A DNA stretch of 61,526 nt from Chthoniobacterales bacterium (lineage in GTDB: Bacteria > Verrucomicrobiota > Verrucomicrobiia > Chthoniobacterales > Chthoniobacteraceae): positions 1-61,526 of the forward strand of contig JBBQIZ010000001.1 in NCBI GenBank assembly GCA_038325425.1. The letters are read 5' to 3'. Made by a program: the position numbers and the translations under genes. The notes beneath the pieces are model-generated. The model was not told where the DNA came from. It did not search any database and worked only from the letters and a program-made list of their open reading frames with translations. Positions 36,856 to 45,078 of the stretch are shown one piece after another (positions within the stretch are counted from its first letter, which is position 1; each line of letters opens with the position of its first letter).

Positions 36856-38024
36856 GTCGTAAGAAGATCATCGTCACCGGTTACATGGCGCGCTGCCCGA
36901 TCGCGGGCGTCATCTGGCAGCACATTCACTACATCGTCGGCCTGCAACGCCTCGGCCACGAAGTCTTCTACCTCGAGGATTCGCGAGCGCATCCCTACCA
37001 TCCGCTGCTCGGGGATTACGTCCCTGACTGGAGTTACACCGCCTCGATCATGCCGAAACTCGCCGCGCAATTCGGCTTCGAAGAGCGCTGGGGCTATCGG
37101 GCGCGATACCTCGAGGACCGCCCCACCGCCGGCCTGAGCGGCGCGCGCATCAGCGAACTCTGGCGCGAATCCGACGCCGTCCTCAATGTCTGCGGCGAAC
37201 AGGAGCTCAACGATGACGTCCTGCAAAATCGCTGCCTCATCTATATCGAAAGCGACCCCGGCAAAGAGCAGTGCCTCATCGACAGCGATCCCGCCGCACC
37301 CATCCGCCAGACGCTCGCGCAGTATCAAGCCGTCTTCACCTTTGGCGAACACATCGGCACGGCGCGCTTCCCCGTGCCGCTGCACGGCGTCCCGTGGCAG
37401 CCGACGCGGCAGCCGATCGTCACCGACTTTTGGAAAGCCGATGCGCCGCCGCCCGCCGGTGCGGTCTTCACCAGCGTGGCCAACTGGAACACCAAGGGCA
37501 AAGACATCGAATGGCGCGGCGACAAATATCTCTGGAGCAAGGCGCTGGAATTCCTCCGCTTTCAGGATGCGCCGCGGCGCGTCGGCGAACCCTTCGAACT
37601 CGCCACCAATCTGCGCGACGAAACCACTCGGTCACAACTCACCGAGCGCGGCTGGCGGTTGACCAGCCCGCAGGAAATCAGCCTCGATCACGATCGCTAC
37701 CTCCACTACCTGCGCGATTCCAAAGGCGAGTTCACCGTCGCCAAAGATCAATACGTGCGGCTCAACACCGGCTGGTTCAGCGACCGCACAGCCTGCTATC
37801 TGGCCTGCGGACGCCCGGTGATTATACAGGAAACCGGCTTCACCGATTTCTACGGTGGCGAGCGTGGTCTGCTTTCTTTTCGCACGCTCGAAGATGCCGC
37901 GGAAGCGGTGCGAGCGGTGAACAGCGACTACGCGGCACACTGCCGCGCCGCGTATGAAGTCGCCGCCGAACACTTCGAAGCGACCAAGGTCGTCGCCTCG
38001 ATCCTTGAACGCGCGGGGGTCTGA
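36852..38024 (+). CDS. Uncharacterised GT-B glycosyltransferase-like protein
   Basis: GVIWQHIHYIVGLQRLGHEVFYLED N-terminus and GWFSDRTACYLACGRPVIIQETGF C-terminal motif. ATGA overlap with the acyltransferase. Confidence 0.7.
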   Translation: MSRKKIIVTGYMARCPIAGVIWQHIHYIVGLQRLGHEVFYLEDSRAHPYHPLLGDYVPDWSYTASIMPKLAAQFGFEERWGYRARYLEDRPTAGLSGARISELWRESDAVLNVCGEQELNDDVLQNRCLIYIESDPGKEQCLIDSDPAAPIRQTLAQYQAVFTFGEHIGTARFPVPLHGVPWQPTRQPIVTDFWKADAPPPAGAVFTSVANWNTKGKDIEWRGDKYLWSKALEFLRFQDAPRRVGEPFELATNLRDETTRSQLTERGWRLTSPQEISLDHDRYLHYLRDSKGEFTVAKDQYVRLNTGWFSDRTACYLACGRPVIIQETGFTDFYGGERGLLSFRTLEDAAEAVRAVNSDYAAHCRAAYEVAAEHFEATKVVASILERAGV

Positions 38025-38033
38025 TCGGCGCGA

Positions 38034-38870
38034 TCAACCGCCGACCGTCTCGCACAAGCAGCACCACAGATCGGTGCCGAACTCCGCGGCGATCCGCTCT
38101 CCCAGATGAGCGGCAGCGTCCTTGTCGTGCAGTATCGCAAAGACCGTCGAACCCGAGCCGGACAGCAGCGCGCCCCCCACCTCTGGCTGCTCCAGCAGCC
38201 ACGACTTCAAGTCGGCAAGAAAGATGTATTTTTCGAAAACCGGCCGCTCCAAATCGTTCACCAACTCGCCCCAGGGAAATTCCTGCGCGGCGTAACGCAC
38301 TCCCGGAATTTCGATCGAATCCTTCCAGCGCTGATACGCCCACGGCGTCGGCACGCCGAACGGTGGTTTGATCAGCAATAGCGGCAGCGTCTGCGGAAAC
38401 GCCACCGGCTCCACGCGCTCCCCTCGTCCGCGGATCATCGCCGCCGACTGATAAATGAAGAACGGCACGTCGGACCCGACATCCGCGGCCATGGCCGCCA
38501 GGGCTTCGCGCGGCAGCTCCGTCTGCAACATCCGGTCCAGCGCGAGCAGGGTCGTGGCCGCATCGCTGCTGCCCCCGCCGAGGCCGGCGCCGTGCGGAAT
38601 GTGTTTCTTTAGTTCGATCCGCAGATGCGGCTCAAATCCGCACGCGTCGCAAAAGAGCTTCGCCGCCCGGACAACGAGATTGTCATCCCCGGCGGGCAGC
38701 GTCGGATCACTGCAGACAAACTCCAGGCCACCCTGCTCGCGCACGGAAATTTCCAGGGTGTCGAAAATCGACACTGGACACATCAGGCTCTCGATCTCGT
38801 GAAACCCGTCGTCTCGCCGCCGCACGACGTGCAGCGAGAGGTTAACCTTCGCCGGAGCGAGAAACTCCAC
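38034..38870 (-). CDS. ispE: 4-diphosphocytidyl-2-C-methyl-D-erythritol kinase
   Basis: APAKVNLSL, DGFHEIES, IPHGAGLGGGSSDAA, GSDVPFF, NDLE, LSGSGSTVF. GTG start 38870. Confidence 0.95.
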   Translation of the reverse strand: MEFLAPAKVNLSLHVVRRRDDGFHEIESLMCPVSIFDTLEISVREQGGLEFVCSDPTLPAGDDNLVVRAAKLFCDACGFEPHLRIELKKHIPHGAGLGGGSSDAATTLLALDRMLQTELPREALAAMAADVGSDVPFFIYQSAAMIRGRGERVEPVAFPQTLPLLLIKPPFGVPTPWAYQRWKDSIEIPGVRYAAQEFPWGELVNDLERPVFEKYIFLADLKSWLLEQPEVGGALLSGSGSTVFAILHDKDAAAHLGERIAAEFGTDLWCCLCETVGG

Positions 38871-38878
38871 CTTGGGAT

Positions 38879-39184
38879 TTACTTCTTTTTGTCCACCGCC
38901 CGCGCCACTTCTCCATTCATGGAGATCTCCAGGCCCAATTCTTTGCGCCCGCCCAAGTTGATCGGGGGACCCCACTTTACGAACCAGGTGTAGGTCGGAT
39001 TCGTCATGCTCGTCCGATCGTAGGAGATAGAAGCGATCCAGTGCTCTTTGTCTTTGCCGACGGATTTGAGGTAGTCCACGGCGATGGCCACCGCTTTTTC
39101 CAATGGTAGCGCCGGACGCTCCTGCGCCTGCACGGAGGCGGTCGTCAAAGCTGCGGCGAAGAGGAGAGCGAAGAGAAATTTCAT
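38879..39184 (-). CDS. Small secreted hypothetical protein
   Basis: ATG 39184, signal peptide MKFLFALLFAAALTTASVQA; tight spacing between fbaA and ispE. Confidence 0.75.
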   Translation of the reverse strand: MKFLFALLFAAALTTASVQAQERPALPLEKAVAIAVDYLKSVGKDKEHWIASISYDRTSMTNPTYTWFVKWGPPINLGGRKELGLEISMNGEVARAVDKKK

Positions 39185-39195
39185 GGGCGTTAAAA

Positions 39196-40272
39196 TCAGG
39201 CGTTGCGGTTCACGCAATTCAAATCCTCAAACGAGGTCAGCAGGCGTTTCGTCGCGGAATCCTCGGCGGCGCCGAGCCACACGCGCGGATCGTAGAATTT
39301 CTTGTTCGGCGCGTCGGGGCCTTTCGGATTACCGATCTGACCCTGCAGAAACTCGTGGTTTTTGGCCTCGTATTCGCGAATGCCGTCCCAGAATGCCCAC
39401 TGCACATCGGTATCGAGATTCATCTTGATCGCGCCGTAGCTGATCGCCTCGCGGATTTCCTCGCGCGTCGAACCGGAGCCTCCGTGAAAGACGAAGTTCA
39501 CGGGCTTCGAGCCGGTGCTAAATGTCTTCTCGATGTAATCCTGTGAGTCCTTGAGGATCGTCGGCTTGAGCTTCACGTTGCCGGGTTTGTAAACGCCATG
39601 CACGTTGCCGAAGGCGGCGGCGATGGTGAAGTTCGGGCTGATTTTCATCAGCGTTTCGTAGGCCGCGGCCACTTCCTCGGGTTTGGTGTAGAGACTCGAT
39701 TCCTCGACGCCGGAATTGTCCACCCCGTCCTCTTCACCGCCGGTCACGCCGAGTTCGATCTCGAGCGTCATGCCCATCTTCGTCATGCGCTCCAAATACT
39801 TCGCGCAGATTTCGAGGTTCTCGTGCAGCGGCTCCTCGGAAAGATCGAGCATGTGCGAGCTGTAAAGCGGCTTGCCCGTCCTCGCGAATTGCTCCTCGCT
39901 GGCCGCGAGCAATCCATCGACCCACGGGAGCAGCTTCTTCGCGCAATGATCGGTATTGAGAATGACCGGAACGCCATACGCTTTGGCCGCCGCATCGACG
40001 TAATGCGCACCGGCGATGCCCCCGAGAATCGGCCCGAGTTGATGGTCACCCTTGACCGTCTTGCCGATGAAGAACTGCGCGCCGCCGTTCGAGAATTGAA
40101 TCATCGTCGGCGAGTTCAACTGGCGCGCCGCGGCGAGCGTCGCGTTGACCGAGTTGGTCCCGATGCAATTGATCGCCGGAAGGGCGAACCCTGTGGATTT
40201 GGCGTAGTCGAGAAGCTCCTTCACCTCTTCGCCGAAAAGAACCCCCGCACGGAATCGTTTGGTTTCAGACAT
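39196..40272 (-). CDS. fbaA: Class II fructose-bisphosphate aldolase (type A)
   Basis: FALPAIN, QFSNGGA, TDHCAKKLLPW, SSHMLDLSEE, EIELGVTGGEEDGVDN, FGNVHGVYKPG, FHGGSGS, YDPRVW. Confidence 0.97.
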   Translation of the reverse strand: MSETKRFRAGVLFGEEVKELLDYAKSTGFALPAINCIGTNSVNATLAAARQLNSPTMIQFSNGGAQFFIGKTVKGDHQLGPILGGIAGAHYVDAAAKAYGVPVILNTDHCAKKLLPWVDGLLAASEEQFARTGKPLYSSHMLDLSEEPLHENLEICAKYLERMTKMGMTLEIELGVTGGEEDGVDNSGVEESSLYTKPEEVAAAYETLMKISPNFTIAAAFGNVHGVYKPGNVKLKPTILKDSQDYIEKTFSTGSKPVNFVFHGGSGSTREEIREAISYGAIKMNLDTDVQWAFWDGIREYEAKNHEFLQGQIGNPKGPDAPNKKFYDPRVWLGAAEDSATKRLLTSFEDLNCVNRNA

Positions 40273-40340
40273 GGTCCGGCTTTCTAGCAGACGAGCGTTT
40301 CCCGACAAGTGGCAACTTCCTCTCGCGCGTGATTCGCGCG

Positions 40341-41756
40341 CTACTTCACCTTCACGTTCCGCCGAAGGAAGGTGGGCACGTCGAGATCCTGACCATCGAC
40401 GATTGTCGGCTCGCTTTTTTCAAAGCGTCCGCGCGTCGCCGGCTCGAACTGCATCTGCTCCTGCTTCGCCTGCACAGCCTTCGCGCGGGCCGCTTGTTTG
40501 GCGACGGCCGGAGCGGCTGGCTCGGGCTCCGGTTCGGGCTCGGTGATAAGCGGCGCAGGCTCCGGGACGGCAGCGGCAATCAGCTCCGCTTCCACCGGAC
40601 GAAACTCCGGGACGGGCTCAGGCGCAGGGATGAACGCGGGCTCTGGCTCGCGTTCGCGCTCGACGACATGCAGGGCGGGCGCGGGCTCGGGCAGACGCGG
40701 TGGCGCGGATGGCGGCACGGATGCAGGGGAAGTCTCGACGCGTGCCGCCGGGCGCGGACGCACCTCGATTGCCGCCGGCACGGCGCCCTCGACCGCGCTC
40801 AAGATCGTCACGCTCATCTTTCCGCCCAGCGCAGGATCGACCGCCGCCCCGAAAAGCAGACGCGTCTGATCGCTGATGTGGCGGTTGAGTTCCTCCATCA
40901 GGATCTGCACTTCGTTGAGGGTCATTCCCGGCCCCCCGGCGACATTGACCAGGACATTGCGCGCGTCTTCGAGCATGCGGCCTTTGTCCATCAGCGGGCT
41001 CTTCAGCGCCCGCGCGAGAGCTTCGTGCGCTCGGTTGTCACCATCGGCCACGCCGTAACCAAAGACACAATGCGCGCCGCTTTCACCCGCGCCGCGCAAT
41101 GCGGTGGAGAGTTCGTCGAAACCGATGTGCACCAGCCCGCGCTGCCGCACCAGCCCCGCAATGGCACGGATGCTTTGACTCAGCGTCTGATCGGCCACCG
41201 CGAAGGCTTCCTGAATGCCGGCGAGCGGCGCGACCGCATCGCCCATCCGGTCGTTCTCAAAATAAATCACCACGTCGGCGTAACGCTGCAGCGCGGCGAG
41301 CGCCTCCTCCGCCTGCGCCTTGCGGCGCTTGCCCTCGAAGGCAAACGGCAGCGTGGCGAAGGCGACGATCAGGGCATTTTGTTCGCGGGCCAGCGAAGCG
41401 ACAATCCGCGCCGCGCCAGAGCCCGTGCCGCCGCCCAAACCGACGCAAAGGAAGACCATCTGCGCGCCTTCCAGCGCCTTTCGAATTTCCTCCATCCCCT
41501 CCTCCGCCGCGGTGTACCCGACCTCCGGATCACCACCCGCACCGAGACCACGCGTCGTGGTTCGCCCGAGTTGCACCTTCTCCGCGACCACCGACCCGGC
41601 GAGCGCCTGCACATCGGTATTGATCGCCACAAGTTCGGCGTCGGGCATGCCGTCGAGCGTCAACCGGTCGAGAACATTGCCGCCAGCCCCTCCCAGGCCG
41701 ACGACTTTGATCAGCACATCGCGAGCAGAAGAAGGGTTCCGGTGAAGCTGGATCAT
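40341..41756 (-). CDS. ftsZ: Cell division protein FtsZ (divergent T7 loop)
   Basis: VVGLGGAGGN, NTD, GLGAGGDPEVG, GLGGGTGSGA tubulin motif, PFAFEG, C-terminal LDVPTFLR. Confidence 0.93.
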   Translation of the reverse strand: MIQLHRNPSSARDVLIKVVGLGGAGGNVLDRLTLDGMPDAELVAINTDVQALAGSVVAEKVQLGRTTTRGLGAGGDPEVGYTAAEEGMEEIRKALEGAQMVFLCVGLGGGTGSGAARIVASLAREQNALIVAFATLPFAFEGKRRKAQAEEALAALQRYADVVIYFENDRMGDAVAPLAGIQEAFAVADQTLSQSIRAIAGLVRQRGLVHIGFDELSTALRGAGESGAHCVFGYGVADGDNRAHEALARALKSPLMDKGRMLEDARNVLVNVAGGPGMTLNEVQILMEELNRHISDQTRLLFGAAVDPALGGKMSVTILSAVEGAVPAAIEVRPRPAARVETSPASVPPSAPPRLPEPAPALHVVEREREPEPAFIPAPEPVPEFRPVEAELIAAAVPEPAPLITEPEPEPEPAAPAVAKQAARAKAVQAKQEQMQFEPATRGRFEKSEPTIVDGQDLDVPTFLRRNVKVK

Positions 41757-41786
41757 GGCGGATTTAGAATAGGAGCGGACGTTTCA

Positions 41787-42998
41787 TCACCACAGGCCGA
41801 AGAAAGGAAGCTTCCTGATGATGCCTTGGAGCAGGCCGATGGGTTGGGCCGGTTGCATGGCCTCAGCGTATTTGATCAGGCCGATCGCCGTCGTAAATTG
41901 CGGATTCTCGAACGCCGATGTCAGTCCCGAAACCGTCTGCGCGTGCGAGACGTGCACCGGCAGGCCGAAGACTTCCTCGGCGAGATGGTTGATGCCTTTG
42001 AGCAGGCTGCAACCGCCGGTCAGCATCATGCCCGCGCCGAGAAACTGCAGATAATTCTCCTCGTCGAGCCGCTTCTTGAGCAGTTCGAAACTCTCGCGCA
42101 CCCGGCAGTGGATGATCGTGTTCAGCATCTCCCGCTCGATCGTTTTGCCCGCAAAACCCGTTTCGTCCTTGAGCACGATCGCCTCGCCGGGTCGGGAATT
42201 TCCCAGGATCACGCTGCCTTCCTCGACCTTGAGTCGCTCGGCCTTGGCCATCGGAATGCGCAGGCCGAGCGAGATGTCATTCGTGATGTGGTCGCCGCCG
42301 ATGGCCAGCGCGCCACTCTGCTTCACCGCGCCATCGACATAGACGATGTAATCCATCGTGCCGCCGCCCATATCGACCACGAGCGCGCCGAGGCTTTTTT
42401 GGTTTTGATCGAGCACCACTTGCGCGGCGGCGAGCGGATTGAAAACGACATCGAGGACTACCAGCCCGACTTCCTTCACGCAGCGTTGGCTGTTTTTGAT
42501 CCGCGAGGCCACGCCGTGGATGATGTGAAAATCCGCCTCCAGCTTGCGCCCGCACATCCCGATGGGATTAAGCACACCGTCCTGCCCGTCCACGTAGTAG
42601 TGCTGGAGGAGGGAATGCACGAACGCGTTCGGCGCGGGAATGCTGACCTCGCGCGCGCTGGCCTGCACGTCCTCGAAATCCTCATCGAAAATTTCATCGC
42701 GATCCTCGGGAATATTCACCGCTCCGCGATTGTTGAAGCCGGCGATGTGGCTGCCGGTGACGCCGAGATAAACGCTGCCGATCATCACGTCGCTCTTTTC
42801 CTCGGCATCGACGAGCGCTTCGCGGATGCATTTGCCCGCAGTTTCGAAGTCCACGATCTCGCCCTTGCGCACGCCGCGCGAGGGCGCCTGCCCGACGCCG
42901 AGAATGCGGATCGTGCCGTCGCCGCGCGTCTCGCCGACAACGGCGCAGACCTTCGACGTTCCGATTTCGAGTCCGACAACGATTTGATCTCGACCCAT
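41787..42998 (-). CDS. ftsA: Cell division protein FtsA
   Basis: GLEIGTSKV, GVRKGEIVD, VDMGGGT, GGDHITNDI, LTGGCS. Confidence 0.95.
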   Translation of the reverse strand: MGRDQIVVGLEIGTSKVCAVVGETRGDGTIRILGVGQAPSRGVRKGEIVDFETAGKCIREALVDAEEKSDVMIGSVYLGVTGSHIAGFNNRGAVNIPEDRDEIFDEDFEDVQASAREVSIPAPNAFVHSLLQHYYVDGQDGVLNPIGMCGRKLEADFHIIHGVASRIKNSQRCVKEVGLVVLDVVFNPLAAAQVVLDQNQKSLGALVVDMGGGTMDYIVYVDGAVKQSGALAIGGDHITNDISLGLRIPMAKAERLKVEEGSVILGNSRPGEAIVLKDETGFAGKTIEREMLNTIIHCRVRESFELLKKRLDEENYLQFLGAGMMLTGGCSLLKGINHLAEEVFGLPVHVSHAQTVSGLTSAFENPQFTTAIGLIKYAEAMQPAQPIGLLQGIIRKLPFFGLW

Positions 42999-44083
42999 CA
43001 GCGCGTCTGGTTGAAAGGCTTTTTCACAAAGCGGGTGGAAGTGGAGCCGCGCGACTGGGGCGTCGATTTCGGAACCGCCTTGGCGACCGGAATCTCGGCC
43101 TTCTTCGCGACCTCGACCGGCTTTTCCTTCACAGGTTCCGGCTTTGGACTGCCCGTCTCGGCAGCGGGCGCCGTGTCCGCCCCGGGCGCCGCGTCGGGCT
43201 CTGGTTCGAAAAAGGTCACCGGGGTGTTCCGCTCGACGATCAGGTTGATCGTGCGAATTTCCCGCCGGTCCTGCGCCGCACGATCGAGGTAGCGATTGAG
43301 GCGGAAAAGCTGATCCTCAATCCGTTCGAGACCGAATGTGATCCTGGCGCGCCGCTGGTCCGTCACGACAAGGCAGTAGCCCTTCGCGATGTCGATATTG
43401 CGCGCCTGAAAACGCGTGTTGTCGGCATTGAGCCGCACGAGTTCGAGCGCCGCCTGCATCTCCCAGGCAGGCACGCGTTTGCCGAGGACGAGGTTCTCTG
43501 TTTCGAAACCGGAGATGATCGGCAGATGAAGATACTCCGGCAAAAGCACGCGGCTGCGCAGCACGATCCCGCGAGCATCGATCAGAAACGACCGCTCCGA
43601 GGAGCTCGGATCCTCGTCGCCTTTCGCCGCAACCCACGCGATGGGCCGCCGCTCGGTGACCGTCACCGCCATGCGATTCGGCAGGAGCCGCTGCACGACC
43701 GCGCTCTCAACCTGCGGCAGCTTTTCGATCGCGCTGCGCGACTCGGCCAAATCAACGGTGAAAATATTCCGACCCTCGGTCACGCCCGCCGCGTTGAGCA
43801 CCTGCTCGCGGGTCAGTGCGCCGTCCGTCGTGACGTTGATCTCGCGCAACGCGTAATCCGGATTTTCCCAGACATAATTGCGCAGCGCTTCCTTCCCGCC
43901 GAACCACAGGCCGGCGGCAAGACCGCCGAAAAGCACGACCTTGCAGACGAACCCGGTGATCGCGTTGAAGCGGCGCGAACGCTCCTTGCTCTCGCGAATC
44001 TTGACGTCGAGAAGGTGCTGCTGCTTGCGCTGGCGCGGGTTCGAGACGCGTTTGTTGCGGGCGTTGCTCGGGATGGATTTCAT
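42998..44083 (-). CDS. ftsQ: Cell division protein FtsQ/DivIB
   Basis: Basic N-terminus, single TM, POTRA region (LPQVESAVVQRLLPNRMAVTVTERRPIA); position ddl-ftsQ-ftsA. Confidence 0.88.
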   Translation of the reverse strand: MKSIPSNARNKRVSNPRQRKQQHLLDVKIRESKERSRRFNAITGFVCKVVLFGGLAAGLWFGGKEALRNYVWENPDYALREINVTTDGALTREQVLNAAGVTEGRNIFTVDLAESRSAIEKLPQVESAVVQRLLPNRMAVTVTERRPIAWVAAKGDEDPSSSERSFLIDARGIVLRSRVLLPEYLHLPIISGFETENLVLGKRVPAWEMQAALELVRLNADNTRFQARNIDIAKGYCLVVTDQRRARITFGLERIEDQLFRLNRYLDRAAQDRREIRTINLIVERNTPVTFFEPEPDAAPGADTAPAAETGSPKPEPVKEKPVEVAKKAEIPVAKAVPKSTPQSRGSTSTRFVKKPFNQTR

Positions 44084-45009
44084 GAGTGGCGGCGGGCGAG
44101 GGAAAGTTCGATGACGCGGGCGCAAAGCTCTCCGTAGCTGAGCCCGGCGGCGGCGGCGGCTTCAGGCAGCAGGCTGACGGGCGTCATGCCGGGAATGGTG
44201 TTGATTTCCAAAACGAAAGGCCGGTCCTGCGCATCGAGCAGAACATCGACGCGGCAGTAAACCTCGAGATCGAGCGCACGTTTCGCGGCAAGTGCGACTT
44301 CCTGCACCTTTTTCGTCACCGCGTCGTTCAAAGCCGCCGGACAGAAATGATCCGCGCCCGCGGCCTGCGGGTTGAGGAAACTGTATTTGTTCGCGAAGTC
44401 GTAAAATTCGCCCGGATTTTTTGGGCGGATTTCGACGATCGGCAGCGCCTGTTCGCCGAGGATGCCGACGGTCAGTTCGCGCCCGGAAACGTACTGCTCG
44501 ATGAGCAACTCGCCCCCAAACTTCCATGCCTCGCTGAAAGTCTCCGCGACCTTGCTCTCATCCTTCACGATATACACGCCCACGCTTGAGCCCTCCTTCG
44601 GCGCTTTCACGACGTAAGGCAGCGGCAGCGTCGGCGCCGCACCGTCGCGAAGAATTTCCGAAGCCGGGGTTGGCACACCGCGCTCCTGGAAACGGCGCTT
44701 GGTCAGGATCTTGTCGATCGCCACCTCGCTCCCGGCCACGCCTTCGCCGGTGTAGGCGATGCCGCGGCTTTCCAGAATGCGCTGAAGCTGCCCGTCTTCT
44801 CCAAAGGTGCCGTGAATGACGTTGAAACCGATCTCCGTGCCCGCTGGCACCGCGAAATCCGGACCCGCGACATCCACTTCGGTCACCTCCGCACCGAGCG
44901 AACGCAGCGCCTCGGCCACGCCTGCGCCGGACGCGAGCGAGACTTTGCGCTCATTGCCGGGGCCTCCCATGAGGACGGCGATCTTTTTGTTTTTCAGGTC
45001 AATGGACAT
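44080..45009 (-). CDS. ddl: D-alanine--D-alanine ligase
   Basis: VLMGGPGNERKVSLASG, HGTFGEDG, GSSVG, LEINTIPGMT. Confidence 0.96.
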   Translation of the reverse strand: MSIDLKNKKIAVLMGGPGNERKVSLASGAGVAEALRSLGAEVTEVDVAGPDFAVPAGTEIGFNVIHGTFGEDGQLQRILESRGIAYTGEGVAGSEVAIDKILTKRRFQERGVPTPASEILRDGAAPTLPLPYVVKAPKEGSSVGVYIVKDESKVAETFSEAWKFGGELLIEQYVSGRELTVGILGEQALPIVEIRPKNPGEFYDFANKYSFLNPQAAGADHFCPAALNDAVTKKVQEVALAAKRALDLEVYCRVDVLLDAQDRPFVLEINTIPGMTPVSLLPEAAAAAGLSYGELCARVIELSLARRHS

Positions 45010-45078
45010 GGAAATGGATGCATTGGGTCATGGCCTCGCCTGCGGAGATTGCGAGCCGCTTCTTGCAAAAATCGGCGG

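Noticed and set aside
40329-43292. 987-aa plus-strand ORF and similar long antisense ORFs (e.g. 4103..5713, 24734..26725, 55875..57746)
   Set aside because: Typical stop-poor antisense frames of high-GC genes, lying opposite clearly identified genes.
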